From Eledone cirrhosa (Eukaryota), in assembly GCA_964016885.1 (NCBI GenBank), contig OZ024740.1, positions 35,464,001-35,528,000 on the forward strand: a stretch of DNA of 64,000 nt, in the 5' to 3' direction. How positions within the stretch are numbered: position 1 is the first letter of the stretch; each line of letters begins with the position of its first letter. Under the pieces are notes generated by a model, which did not search any database, was not told where the DNA came from, and saw nothing but the letters and a program-made list of their open reading frames with translations. Below, piece by piece: positions 33,901-48,900 of the stretch. The position numbers and the translations under genes are program-made.

Positions 33901-36900
33901 TGTTGTGGTTTAACAGGCGACAGTGAGATGTAAGGTGTAGTGGTTTAACAGGTGAGAGTTAGATGTATGGTGTTGTCGTTAAACAGGCGACAGTTAGATG
34001 GAAGGTGTTGTGGTTCAACAGGTGACAGTTAGATGTAAGGTGTTGAGGTTTAACAGGCGACAGTTAGATGTAAGGTGTTGTGGTTTAACAGGCGACAGTG
34101 AGATGTAAGGTGTTGTGGTTTAACAGGCGACAGTTAGATGTAAGGTGTTGTGGTTTCACAGGTGACAGTTAGATGAAAGGTGTTGTGGTTTAACAGGCGA
34201 CAGTTAGATGTAAGGTGTTGTGGTTTCACAGGTGACAGTTAGATGAAAGGTGTTGTGGTTTCACAGGTGACAGTTAGATGAAAGGTGTTGTGGTTTAACA
34301 GGCAACAGTTAGATGTAAGGTGTTGTGGTTCAACAGGCGACAGTTAGATGTAAGGTGTTTAGGTTTAACAGGTGACAGTTATATGTAAGGTGTTGTGGTT
34401 TAACAGGCGACAGTGAGATGTAAGGTGTTGTGGTTTAACAGACGACAGTGAGATGTAAGGTGTTGTGGTACAACAGGCGACATTTAGATGTAAGGTGTTG
34501 TGGTTTAACAGGTGACAGTTAGATGTAAGGTGTTGTGGTTTAACAGGTGACAGTTAGATGTAAGGTGTAGGGGTTTAACAGGCAACAGTTGGATGTAAGG
34601 TGTTGTGGTTTAACAGGTGACAGTTAGATGTAAGATTTTGTGGTTTAACAGGCGACAGTTAGATGTAATGTCTTCTGGTTTAACAGGCAACAGTTAGATG
34701 TAAGGTGTTGTGGTTTAACAGGTGACAGTTAGATGTAAGGTGTAGAGGTTTAACAGACGACAGTTAGATGTGAGGTGTTGTGGTTTAACAGGTGACAGTT
34801 AGATGTAAGGTGTGGTGGTTTAACAGGCGACAGTTAGATGTAAGGTGTTGTGGTTTAACAGGTGACAGCTAGATGTAAGATGTTGTGGTTTAACAGGTGA
34901 CAGTTGTATGAAAGTTGTTGTGGTTCAACAGACGAGAGTTAAATGTAAGGTGTTGTGGTTTAACAGACGACAGTTAGATGTATTGTGTTGTGATTTCACA
35001 GGTGACTGTTAGATGTAAGGTGTTGTGGTTTAACAGGCGACAGTTAGATGTAAGGTGTTGTGGTTTAACAGGCGACAGTGAGATGTAAGGTGTTGTGGTT
35101 TAACAGCCGACAGTGAGATGTAAGGTGTAGTGGTTTAACAGGTGACAGTTAGATGTATGGTGTTGTCGTTAAACAGGCGACAGTTAGATGGAAGGTGTTG
35201 TGGTTTCACACGTGACAGTTAGATGTAAGGTGTTGTGGTTTAACAGGCGACAGTTAGATGTAAGGTGTTGTGGTTTAACAGGCGACAGTCAGATGTAAGG
35301 TGTTGTGGTTTAACAGGCGACAGTTAGATGTAAGGTGTTGTCGTTTAACAGGCGACAGTTACATGGAAGGGGTTGTGGTTTAACAGGTGACATTTAGATG
35401 TAAGGTGTTGGGGTTCAACAGGTGACAGTTAGATGTAAGGTGTAGTGGTTTAACAGACGACAGTTAGATGTAAGGTGTTGTGGTTTAACAGGTGACAGTT
35501 AGATGTAAGGTGTTGGGGTTCAACAGGCGACAGTTAGATGGAAGGTGTTGTGGTTTAACAGGTGACAGTTAGATGTAAGGTGTTGTGGTTTAACAGGCGA
35601 CAGTGAGATGTAAGGTGTTTTGGTTTAACAGACGACAGTGAGATGTAAGGTGTTGTGGTTTAAAAGGTGACAGTTCGATGTAAGGTGTTGTGGTTTAACA
35701 GGTGACAGTTAGATGGAAGATTTTGTGGTTTAACAGGCGACAGTTAGATGTAAGGTGTAGTGGTTTAACAGACGACAGTTAGATGTAAGGTGTAGTGGTT
35801 TAACAGACGACAGTTAGATGTAAGGTGTAGTGGTTTAACAGAAGACAGTTAGATGTAAGGTGTAGTGGTTCAACAGGCGACAGTTATATCTAAGTTTTAG
35901 TGGTTTAACAGACGACAGTTAGATGTAAGCTGTAGTGGTTCAACAGACGACAGTTAAATGTAAGGTGTTGTGGTTTAACAGGTGAAAGTTAGATGTAAGG
36001 TGTAGTGGTTTAACAAACGGCAGTTAGATGTAAGGTGTAGTGGTTTAATAGGCGACAGTTAGATGTAAGGTGTAGTGGTTCAACAGACGAGAGTTAAATG
36101 TAAGGTGTTGTGGTTTAACAGGCGACAGTTAGATGTAAGGTGTTGTGGTTTAACAGACGTCAGTTAGATGTAAGGTGTTGTGGTTCAACGGACGAGAGTT
36201 AAATGTAAGGTGTTGTGGTTTAACAGACGACAGTTAGATGTAATGAGTCGTTTAACAGTCGTTAGTTAGATGTAAGGTGTAGTGGTTTAACAGGTGACAG
36301 TTAGATGTAAGGTGTTGTCGTTTAACAGGCGACAGTTAGATGGAAGGTGTTGTGGTTCAACATGCGACAGTTAGATGTATGGTGTTGTGGTTTAACAGGC
36401 GACAGTGACATGTAAGATTTTTTTGTTTAACAGGCGACAGTGAGATGTAAGGTGTTGTGGTTCAACAGGCGACAGTTAGATGTATGGTGTTGTGGTTTAT
36501 CAGGCGACAGTGACATGTAAGATGTTGTGGTTTAACAGGCGACAGTGAGATGTAAGGTGTAGTGGTTTAACAGGTGACAGTTAGGTGTAAGGTATAGTGG
36601 TTTAACAGGCGACAGTTAGATGTTAGGTGTTGTGGTTTAAGAGGCGACAGTGAGATATAAGGTGTTGTGGTTCAACAGGCGACAGTTAGATGTAAGGTGT
36701 TGTCGTTTAACAGGCAACAGTTAGATGGAAGGTGTTGTGGTTTAACAGGTGACAGTGAGATGTAAGGTATAGTGGTTTAACAGGCGACAGTGAGATGTAA
36801 GGTGTTGTGGTTCAACAGGCGACAGTTAGATGTAAGGTTTTGTGGTTTAACAGGTGACAGTTAGATGTAAGGTGTTGTGGTTTAACAGACGACAGTTAGA

Positions 36901-39900
36901 TGTAAGGTGTTGTGGTTTAACAGGTGACAGTTAGATGTAAGATGTTGTGGCTTAACAGACGACAGTGAGATGTAAGGTGTTGTGGTTTAACAGGCGACAG
37001 TGAGATGTAAGGTGTTGTGGTTTAACAGGCGACAGTGAGATGTAAGGTGTAGTGGTTTCAAAGGTGAGAGTTAGATGAAAGGTGTTGTGGTTTAACAGGC
37101 GACAGTTAGATGTAAGGTGTTGTGGTTCAACAGGTGACAGTTAGATGTAATGTGTTAAGGTTTAACAGGTGACAGTTAGATGTAAGGTGTTGTGGTTTAA
37201 CAGGCAACAGTTAGATGTAAGGTGTTGTGGTTCAACAGGCGACAGTTAGATGTAAGGTGTTTAGGTTTAACAGGTGACAGTTATATGTAAGGTGTTGTGG
37301 TTTAACAGGCGACAGTGTGATGTAAGGTGTTGTGGTTTAACAGACGACAGTGAGATGTAAGGTGCTGTGGTTTAACAGGTGACAGTTCGACGTAAGGTGT
37401 TGTGGTTTAACAAACGTCAGTTAGATGTAAGGTGTTGTGGTTCAACAGGCGACATTTAGATGTAAGGTGTTGTGGTTTAACAGGTGACAGTTAGATGTAA
37501 GGTGTTGTGGTTTAACAGGAGACAGTTAGATGTAAGGTGTAGGGGTTTAACAGGCAACAGTTGGATGTAAGGTGTTGTGGTTTAACAGGTGACAGTTAGA
37601 TGTAAGATTTTGTGGTTTAACAGGCGACAGTTAGATGTAATGTCTTCTGGTTTAACAGGCAACAGTTAGATGTAAGGTGTTGTGGTTTAACAGGTGACAG
37701 TTAGATGTAAGGTGTAGAGGTTTAACAGACGACAGTTAGATGTGAGGAGTTGTGGTTTAACAGGTGACAGTTAGATGTAAGGTGTGGTGGTTTAACAGGC
37801 GACAGTTAGATGTAAGGTGTTGTGGTTTAACAGGTGACAGTTAGATGTAAGATGTTGTGGTTTAACAGGTGACAGTTGTATGAAAGTTGTTGTGGTTCAA
37901 CAGACGAGAGTTAAATGTAAGGTGTTGTGGTTTAACAGACGACAGTTAGATGTAATGTGTTGTTTAACAGAGGTTAGTTAGATGTAAGGTGTAGTGGTTT
38001 AACAGGTGACAGTTAGATGTAAGGTGTTGTCGTTTAACAGGCGACAGTGAGATGTAAGTTGTTGTGGTTTAACAGGCGACAGTGAGATGTAAGGTGTTGT
38101 GGTTTAACAGGCGACAGTGAGATGTAAGGTGTAGTGGTTTAACAGGTGACAGTTAGATGTACGGTGTTGTCGTTAAACAGGCGACAGTTAGATGTAAGGT
38201 GTTGTGGTTCAACAGGCGACAGTTAGATGTAAGGTGTTGTGGTTTAACAGGCGACAGTGAGATGTATTGTGTTGTGATTTCACAGGTGACAGTTAGATGT
38301 AAGGTGTTGTGGTTTAACAGGCGACAGTTAGATGTAAGGTGTTGTGGTTTAACAGGCGACAGTGAGATGTAAGGTGTTGTGGTTTAACAGGCGACAGTGA
38401 GATGTAAGGTGTAGTGGTTTAACAGGTGACAGTTAGATGTATGGTGTTGTCGTTAAACAGGCGACAGTTGGATGGAAGGTGTTGTGGTTTCACACGTGAC
38501 AGTTAGATGTAAGGTGTTGTGGTTTAATAGGCGACAGTTAGATGTAAGGTGTTGTGGTTTAACAGGCGACAGTTAGATGTAAGGTGTTGTGGTTTAACAG
38601 GCGACAGTTACATGGAAGGGGTTGTGGTTTAACAGGTGACAGTTAGATGTAAGGTGTTGGGGTTCAACAGGTGACAGTTAGATGTAAGGTGTAGTGGTTT
38701 AACAGACGACAGTTAGATGTAAGGTGTGGTTTAACAGGTGACAGTTAGATGTAAGGTGTTGGGGTTCAACAGGCGACAGTTAGATGGAAGGTGTTGTGGT
38801 TTAACAGGTGACAGTTAGATGTAAGGTGTTGTGGTTTAACAGGCGACAGTGAGATGTAAGGTGTTTTGGTTTAACAGACGACAGTGAGATGTAAGGTGTT
38901 GTGGTTTAAAAGGTGACAGTTCGATGTAAGGTGTTGTGGTTTAACAGGTGACAGTTAGATGCAAGGTGTAGGAGTTTAACAAGCAACAGTTAGATGTAAG
39001 GTGTTGTGGTTTAACAGGTGACAGTTAGATGGAAGATTTTGTGGTTTAACAGGCGACAGTTAGATGTAAGGTGTAGTGGTTTAACAGACGACAGTTAGAT
39101 GTAAGGTGTAGTGGTTTAACAGACGACAGTTAGATGTAAGGTGTAGTGGTTTAACAGAAGACAGTTAGATGTAAGGTGTAGTGGTTCAACAGGCGACAGT
39201 TAGATGTAAGGTGTCCTGGTTTAACAGACGACAGTTAGATCTAAGTTTTAGTGGTTTAACAGGCGACAGTTAGATGTAAGGTGTTGTCGTTTAACAGGCA
39301 ACAGTTAGATGGAAGGTGTTGTGGTTTAACAGGTGACAGTGAGATGTAAGGTATAGTGGTTTAACAGGCGACAGTGAGATGTAAGGTGTTGTGGTTCAAC
39401 AGGCGACAGTTAGATGTAAGGTTTTGTGGTTTAACAGGTGACAGTTAGATGTAAGGTGTTGTGGTTTAACAGACGACAGTGAGATGTAAGGTGTTGTGGT
39501 TTAACAGGTGACAGTTAGATGTAAGATGTTGTGGTTTAACAGACGACAGTGAGATGTAAGGTGTTGTGGTTTAACAGGCGACAGTGAGATGTAAGGTGTT
39601 GTGGTTTAACAGGCGACAGTGAGATGTAAGGTGTTGTGGTTTAACAGGCGACAGTGAGATGTAAGGTGTAGTGGTTTAACAGGTGACAGTTAGATGTATG
39701 ATGTTGTCGTTAAACAGGCGACAGTTAGATATAAGGTGTTGTGGTTCAACAGGCGACAGTTAGATGTAAGGTGTTGTGGTTTCATAGGTGATAGTTAGAT
39801 GTAAGGTGTTGTGGTTTAAGAGGCGACAGTTAGATGTAAGGTGTTGTGGTTCAACAGGCGACAGTTAGATGTATGGTGTTGTGGTTTAACAGGTGACAGT

Positions 39901-39946
39901 AAGATGTAAGGTGTAGTGGTTTAACAGGTGACAGTTAGATGTATGA

Positions 39947-42900
39947 TGTTGTCGTTAAACAGGCGACAGTTAGATGGAAGGTGTTGTGGTTTAACAGGTG
40001 ACAGTTAGATGTAAGGTATAGTGGTTTAACAGGCGACAGTGAGATGTAAGTTGTTGTGGTTCAACAGGCGACAGTGAGATGTGAGGTGTTGTGGTTCAAC
40101 AGGCGACAGTGAGATGTAAGGTGTTGTGGTTTAACAGGTGACAGTTAGATGTAAGGTGTTGTGGTTTAACAGGCGACAGTGAGTTGTAAGGTGTAGAGGT
40201 TTAACAGACGACAATGAGATGTAAGGTGTTGTCGTTAAACAGGCGACAGTTAGATGGAAGGTGTTGTGGTTTCACAGGTGACAGTTAGATGTAAGGTGTT
40301 GTGGTTTCACAGGTGACAGTTAGATGAAAGGTGTTGTGGTTTAACAGGCGACAGTTAGATGTAAGGTGTTGAGGTTTAACAGGTGACAGTTAGATGTAAG
40401 GTGTTGTGGTTTAACACGCAACAGTTAGATGTAAGGTGTTGTGGTTCAACAGGCGACAGTTAGATGTAAGGTGTTGTGGTTTAACACGCAACAGTTAGAT
40501 GTAAGGTGTTGTGGTTTAACAGGCGACAGTGAGATGTAAGGTGTTGTGGTTTAACAGGCGACGGTTAGATGTAATGTGTTGTGGTTTAACAGACGACAGT
40601 GAGATGTAAGGTGTTGTGGTTTAACAGGCGACAGTTAGATGTAAGGTGTTGAGGTTTAACAGGTGACAGTTAGATGTAAGGTGTTGTGGTTTAACACGCA
40701 ACAGTTAGATGTAAGGTGTTGTGGTTCAACAGGCGACAGTTAGATGTAAGGTGTTGTGGTTTAACACGCAACAGTTAGATGTAAGGTGTTGTGGTTTAAC
40801 AGGCGACAGTGAGATGTAAGGTGTTGTGGTTTAACAGGCGACAGTTAGATGTAATGTGTTGTGGTTTAACAGACGACAGTGAGATGTAAGGTGTTGTGGT
40901 TTAACAGGTGACAGTTCGACGTAAGGTGTTGTGGTTTAACAAACGTCAGTTAGATGTAAGGTGTTGTGGTTCAACAGGCGACATTTAGATGTAAGGTGTT
41001 GTGGTTTAACAGGTGACAGTTAGATGTAAGGTGTTGAGGTTTAACAGGCGACAGTGAGATGTAAGGTGTTGTGGTTTAACAGACGACAGTGAGATGTAAG
41101 GTGTTGTGGTTTAACAGGTGACAGTTCGACGTAAGGTGTTGTGGTTTAACAAACGTCAGTTAGATGTAAGGTGTTGTGGTTCAACAGGCGACATTTAGAT
41201 GTAAGGTGTTGTGGTTTAACAGGTGACAGTTAGATGTAAGGTGTTGAGGTTTAACAGGCGACAATGAGATGTAAGGTGTTGTGGTTTAACAGACGACAGT
41301 GAGATGTAAGGTGTTGTGGTTTAACAGGTGACAGTTCGACGTAAGGTGTTGTGGTTTAACAAACGTCAGTTAGATGTAAGGTGTTGTGGTTCAACAGGCG
41401 ACATTTAGATGTAAGGTGTTGTGGTTTAACAGGTGACAGTTAGATGTAAGGTGTTGTGGTTTAACAGGTGACATTTAGATGTAAGGTGTAGGGGTTTAAC
41501 AGGCAACAGTTGGATGTAAGGTGTTGTGGTTTAACAGGTGACAGTTAGCCGTAAGATTTTGTGGTTTAACAGGCGACAGTTAGATGTAATGTCTTCTGGT
41601 TTAACAGGCAACAGTTAGATGTAAGGTGTTGTGGTTTAACAGGTGACAGTTAGATGTAAGGTGTAGAGGTTTAACAGACGACAGTTAGATGTGAGGTGTT
41701 GTGGTTTAACAGGCAACAGTTAGATGGAAGGTGTTGTGGTTTAACAGGTGACAGTGAGATGTAAGGTATAGTGGTTTAACAGGCAACAGTTAGTTGTAAG
41801 GTGTTGTGGTTTAACAGGTGACAGTTAGATGTAAGGTGTAGAGGTTTAACAGACGACAGTTAGATGTAAGGTGTTGTGGTTTAACAGACGACAGTGAGAT
41901 GTAAGGTGTTGTGGTTTAACAGGTGACAGTTAGATGTAAGATGTTGTGGTTTAACAGACGACAGTGAGATGTAAGGTGTTGTGGTTTAACAGGCGACAGT
42001 GAGATGTAAGGTGTTGTGGTTTAACAGGCGACAGTGAGATGTAAGGTGTTGTGGTTTAACAGGCGACAGTGAGATGTAAGGTGTAGTGGTTTAACAGGTG
42101 ACAGTTAGATGTATGATGTTGTCGTTAAACAGGCGACAGTTAGATATAAGGTGTTGTGGTTCAACAGGCGACAGTTAGATGTAAGGTGTTGTGGTTTCAT
42201 AGGTGATAGTTAGATGTAAGGTGTTGTGGTTTAAGAGGCGACAGTTAGATGTAAGGTGTTGTGGTTCAACAGGCGACAGTTAGATGTATGGTGTTGTGGT
42301 TTAACAGGTGACAGTTAGATGTAAGGTGTTGTGGTTTAACAGGCGACAGTGAGATGTAAGGTGTAGTGGGTTAACGGGTGACAGTTAGATGTAAGGTGTT
42401 GTCGTTTAACAGGCAACAGTTAGATGGAAGGTGTTGTGGTTTAACAGGTGACAGTTAGATGTAAGGTATAGTGGTTTAACAGGCGACAGTGAGATGTAAG
42501 TTGTTGTGGTTCAACAGGCGACAGTGAGATGTGAGGTGTTGTGGTTCAACAGGCGATAGTGAGATGTAAGGTGTTGTGGTTTAACAGGTGAACAGTTAGA
42601 TGTAAGGTGTTGTGGTTTAACAGGCGACAGTGAGTTGTAAGGTGTAGAGGTTTAACAGACGACAATGAGATGTAAGGTGTTGTCGTTAAACAGGCGACAG
42701 TTAGATGGAAGGTGTTGTGGTTTCACAGGTGACAGTTAGATGTAAGGTGTTGTGGTTTCACAGGTGACAGTTAGATGAAAGGTGTTGTGGTTTAACAGGC
42801 GACAGTTAGATGTAAGGTGTTGAGGTTTAACAGGTGACAGTTAGATGTAAGGTGTTGTGGTTTAACACGCAACAGTTAGATGTAAGGTGTTGTGGTTCAA

Positions 42901-45900
42901 CAGGCGACAGTTAGATGTAAGGTGTTGTGGTTTAACAGGTGACAGTTAGATGTAAGGTGTTGAGGTTTAACAGGCGACAGTGAGATGTAAGGTGTTGTGG
43001 TTTAACAGACGACAGTGAGATGTAAGGTGTTGTGGTTTAACAGGTGACAGTTCGACGTAAGGTGTTGTGGTTTAACAAACGTCAGTTAGATGTAAGGTGT
43101 TGTGGTTCAACAGGCGACATTTAGATGTAAGGTGTTGTGGTTTAACAGGTGACAGTTAGATGTAAGGTGTTGAGGTTTAACAGGCGACAATGAGATGTAA
43201 GGTGTTGTGGTTTAACAGACGACAGTGAGATGTAAGGTGTTGTGGTTTAACAGGTGACAGTTCGACGTAAGGTGTTGTGGTTTAACAAACGTCAGTTAGA
43301 TGTAAGGTGTTGTGGTTCAACAGGCGACATTTAGATGTAAGGTGTTGTGGTTTAACAGGTGACAGTTAGATGTAAGGTGTTGTGGTTTAACAGGTGACAT
43401 TTAGATGTAAGGTGTAGGGGTTTAACAGGCAACAGTTGGATGTAAGGTGTTGTGGTTTAACAGGTGACAGTTAGCCGTAAGATTTTGTGGTTTAACAGGC
43501 GACAGTTAGATGTAATGTCTTCTGGTTTAACAGGCAACAGTTAGATGTAAGGTGTTGTGGTTTAACAGGTGACAGTTAGATGTAAGGTGTAGAGGTTTAA
43601 CAGACGACAGTTAGATGTGAGGTGTTGTGGTTTAACAGGCAACAGTTAGATGGAAGGTGTTGTGGTTTAACAGGTGACAGTGAGATGTAAGGTATAGTGG
43701 TTTAACAGGCAACAGTTAGATGTAAGGTGTTGTGGTTTAACAGGTGACAGTTAGATGTAAGGTGTAGAGGTTTAACAGACGACAGTTAGATGTAAGGTGT
43801 TGTGGTTTAACAGACGACAGTGAGATGTAAGGTGTTGTGGTTTAACAGGTGACAGTTAGATGTAAGATGTTGTGGTTTAACAGACGACAGTGAGATGTAA
43901 GGTGTTGTGGTTTAACAGGCGACAGTGAGATGTAAGGTGTTGTGGTTTAACAGGTGACAGTTCGACGTAAGGTGTTGTGGTTTAACAAACGTCAGTTAGA
44001 TGTAAGGTGTTGTGGTTCAACAGGCGACATTTAGATGTAAGGTGTTGTGGTTTAACAGGTGACAGTTAGATGTAAGGTGTTGAGGTTTAACAGGCGACAA
44101 TGAGATGTAAGGTGTTGTGGTTTAACAGACGACAGTGAGATGTAAGGTGTTGTGGTTTAACAGGCGACAGTTAGATGTAATGTGTTGTGGTTTAACAGAC
44201 GACAGTGAGATGTAAGGTGTTGTGGTTTAACAGGTGACAGTTCGACGTAAGGTGTTGTGGTTTAACAAACGTCAGTTAGATGTAAGGTGTTGTGGTTCAA
44301 CAGGCGACATTTAGATGTAAGGTGTTGTGGTTTAACAGGTGACAGTTAGATGTAAGGTGTTGAGGTTTAACAGGCGACAGTGAGATGTAAGGTGTTGTGG
44401 TTTAACAGACGACAGTGAGATGTAAGGTATGTGGTTTAACAGGTGACAGTTCGACGTAAGGTGTTGTGGTTTAACAAACGTCAGTTAGATGTAAGGTGTT
44501 GTGGTTCAACAGGCGACATTTAGATGTAAGGTGTTGTGGTTTAACAGGTGACAGTTAGATGTAAGGTGTTGAGGTTTAACAGGCGACAATGAGATGTAAG
44601 GTGTTGTGGTTTAACAGACGACAGTGAGATGTAAGGTGTTGTGGTTTAACAGGTGACAGTTCGACGTAAGGTGTTGTGGTTTAACAAACGTCAGTTAGAT
44701 GTAAGGTGTTGTGGTTCAACAGGCGACATTTAGATGTAAGGTGTTGTGGTTTAACAGGTGACAGTTAGATGTAAGGTGTTGTGGTTTAACAGGTGACATT
44801 TAGATGTAAGGTGTAGGGGTTTAACAGGCAACAGTTGGATGTAAGGTGTTGTGGTTTAACAGGTGACAGTTAGCCGTAAGATTTTGTGGTTTAACAGGCG
44901 ACAGTTAGATGTAATGTCTTCTGGTTTAACAGGCAACAGTTAGATGTAAGGTGTTGTGGTTTAACAGGTGACAGTTAGATGTAAGGTGTAGAGGTTTAAC
45001 AGACGACAGTTAGATGTGAGGTGTTGTGGTTTAACAGGCAACAGTTAGATGGAAGGTGTTGTGGTTTAACAGGTGACAGTGAGATGTAAGGTATAGTGGT
45101 TTAACAGGCAACAGTTAGATGTAAGGTGTTGTGGTTTAACAGGTGACAGTTAGATGTAAGGTGTAGAGGTTTAACAGACGACAGTTAGATGTAAGGTGTT
45201 GTGGTTTAACAGACGACAGTGAGATGTAAGGTGTTGTGGTTTAACAGGTGACAGTTAGATGTAAGATGTTGTGGTTTAACAGACGACAGTGAGATGTAAG
45301 GTGTTGTGGTTTAACAGGCGACAGTGAGATGTAAGGTGTTGTGGTTTAACAGGCGACAGTGAGATGTAAGGTGTTGTGGTTTAACAGGCGACAGTGAGAT
45401 GTAAGGTGTAGTGGTTTAACAGGTGACAGTTAGATGTATGATGTTGTCGTTAAACAGGCGACAGTTAGATATAAGGTGTTGTGGTTCAACAGGCGACAGT
45501 TAGATGTAAGGTGTTGTGGTTTCATAGGTGATAGTTAGATGTAAGGTGTTGTGGTTTAAGAGGCGACAGTTAGATGTAAGGTGTTGTGGTTCAACAGGCG
45601 ACAGTTAGATGTATGGTGTTGTGGTTTAACAGGTGACAGTTAGATGTAAGGTGTTGTGGTTTAACAGGCGACAGTGAGATGTAAGGTGTAGTGGGTTAAC
45701 GGGTGACAGTTAGATGTAAGGTGTTGTCGTTTAACAGGCAACAGTTAGATGGAAGGTGTTGTGGTTTAACAGGTGACAGTTAGATGTAAGGTATAGTGGT
45801 TTAACAGGCGACAGTGAGATGTAAGTTGTTGTGGTTCAACAGGCGACAGTGAGATGTGAGGTGTTGTGGTTCAACAGGCGATAGTGAGATGTAAGGTGTT

Positions 45901-48900
45901 GTGGTTTAACAGGTGACAGTTAGATGTAAGGTGTTGTGGTTTAACAGGCGACAGTGAGTTGTAAGGTGTAGAGGTTTAACAGACGACAATGAGATGTAAG
46001 GTGTTGTCGTTAAACAGGCGACAGTTAGATGGAAGGTGTTGTGGTTTAACAGGTGACAGTTAGATGTAAGGTATAGTGGTTTAACAGGCGACAGTGAGAT
46101 GTAAGTTGTTGTGGTTCAACAGGCGACAGTGAGATGTGAGGTGTTGTGGTTCAACAGGCGACAGTGAGATGTAAGGTGTTGTGGTTTAACAGGTGACAGT
46201 TAGATGTAAGGTGTTGTGGTTTAACAGGCGACAGTGAGTTGTAAGGTGTAGAGGTTTAACAGACGACAATGAGATGTAAGGTGTTGTCGTTAAACAGGCG
46301 ACAGTTAGATGGAAGGTGTTGTGGTTTCACAGGTGACAGTTAGATGTAAGGTGTTGTGGTTTCACAGGTGACAGTTAGATGAAAGGTGTTGTGGTTTAAC
46401 AGGCGACAGTTAGATGTAAGGTGTTGAGGTTTAACAGGTGACAGTTAGATGTAAGGTGTTGTGGTTTAACACGCAACAGTTAGATGTAAGGTGTTGTGGT
46501 TCAACAGGCGACAGTTAGATGTAAGGTGTTGTGGTTTAACACGCAACAGTTAGATGTAAGGTGTTGTGGTTTAACAGGCGACAGTGAGATGTAAGGTGTT
46601 GTGGTTTAACAGGCGACGGTTAGATGTAATGTGTTGTGGTTTAACAGACGACAGTGAGATGTAAGGTGTTGTGGTTTAACAGGCGACAGTTAGATGTAAG
46701 GTGTTGAGGTTTAACAGGTGACAGTTAGATGTAAGGTGTTGTGGTTTAACACGCAACAGTTAGATGTAAGGTGTTGTGGTTCAACAGGCGACAGTTAGAT
46801 GTAAGGTGTTGTGGTTTAACACGCAACAGTTAGATGTAAGGTGTTGTGGTTTAACAGGCGACAGTGAGATGTAAGGTGTTGTGGTTTAACAGGCGACAGT
46901 TAGATGTAATGTGTTGTGGTTTAACAGACGACAGTGAGATGTAAGGTGTTGTGGTTTAACAGGTGACAGTTCGACGTAAGGTGTTGTGGTTTAACAAACG
47001 TCAGTTAGATGTAAGGTGTTGTGGTTCAACAGGCGACATTTAGATGTAAGGTGTTGTGGTTTAACAGGTGACAGTTAGATGTAAGGTGTTGAGGTTTAAC
47101 AGGCGACAGTGAGATGTAAGGTGTTGTGGTTTAACAGACGACAGTGAGATGTAAGGTGTTGTGGTTTAACAGGTGACAGTTCGACGTAAGGTGTTGTGGT
47201 TTAACAAACGTCAGTTAGATGTAAGGTGTTGTGGTTCAACAGGCGACATTTAGATGTAAGGTGTTGTGGTTTAACAGGTGACAGTTAGATGTAAGGTGTT
47301 GAGGTTTAACAGGCGACAATGAGATGTAAGGTGTTGTGGTTTAACAGACGACAGTGAGATGTAAGGTGTTGTGGTTTAACAGGTGACAGTTCGACGTAAG
47401 GTGTTGTGGTTTAACAAACGTCAGTTAGATGTAAGGTGTTGTGGTTCAACAGGCGACATTTAGATGTAAGGTGTTGTGGTTTAACAGGTGACAGTTAGAT
47501 GTAAGGTGTTGTGGTTTAACAGGTGACATTTAGATGTAAGGTGTAGGGGTTTAACAGGCAACAGTTGGATGTAAGGTGTTGTGGTTTAACAGGTGACAGT
47601 TAGCCGTAAGATTTTGTGGTTTAACAGGCGACAGTTAGATGTAATGTCTTCTGGTTTAACAGGCAACAGTTAGATGTAAGGTGTTGTGGTTTAACAGGTG
47701 ACAGTTAGATGTAAGGTGTAGAGGTTTAACAGACGACAGTTAGATGTGAGGTGTTGTGGTTTAACAGGCAACAGTTAGATGGAAGGTGTTGTGGTTTAAC
47801 AGGTGACAGTGAGATGTAAGGTATAGTGGTTTAACAGGCAACAGTTAGATGTAAGGTGTTGTGGTTTAACAGGTGACAGTTAGATGTAAGGTGTAGAGGT
47901 TTAACAGACGACAGTTAGATGTAAGGTGTTGTGGTTTAACAGACGACAGTGAGATGTAAGGTGTTGTGGTTTAACAGGTGACAGTTAGATGTAAGATGTT
48001 GTGGTTTAACAGACGACAGTGAGATGTAAGGTGTTGTGGTTTAACAGGCGACAGTGAGATGTAAGGTGTTGTGGTTTAACAGGCGACAGTGAGATGTAAG
48101 GTGTTGTGGTTTAACAGGCGACAGTGAGATGTAAGGTGTAGTGGTTTAACAGGTGACAGTTAGATGTATGATGTTGTCGTTAAACAGGCGACAGTTAGAT
48201 ATAAGGTGTTGTGGTTCAACAGGCGACAGTTAGATGTAAGGTGTTGTGGTTTCATAGGTGATAGTTAGATGTAAGGTGTTGTGGTTTAAGAGGCGACAGT
48301 TAGATGTAAGGTGTTGTGGTTCAACAGGCGACAGTTAGATGTATGGTGTTGTGGTTTAACAGGTGACAGTTAGATGTAAGGTGTTGTGGTTTAACAGGCG
48401 ACAGTGAGATGTAAGGTGTAGTGGGTTAACGGGTGACAGTTAGATGTAAGGTGTTGTCGTTTAACAGGCAACAGTTAGATGGAAGGTGTTGTGGTTTAAC
48501 AGGTGACAGTTAGATGTAAGGTATAGTGGTTTAACAGGCGACAGTGAGATGTAAGTTGTTGTGGTTCAACAGGCGACAGTGAGATGTGAGGTGTTGTGGT
48601 TCAACAGGCGATAGTGAGATGTAAGGTGTTGTGGTTTAACAGGTGAACAGTTAGATGTAAGGTGTTGTGGTTTAACAGGCGACAGTGAGTTGTAAGGTGT
48701 AGAGGTTTAACAGACGACAATGAGATGTAAGGTGTTGTCGTTAAACAGGCGACAGTTAGATGGAAGGTGTTGTGGTTTCACAGGTGACAGTTAGATGTAA
48801 GGTGTTGTGGTTTCACAGGTGACAGTTAGATGAAAGGTGTTGTGGTTTAACAGGCGACAGTTAGATGTAAGGTGTTGAGGTTTAACAGGTGACAGTTAGA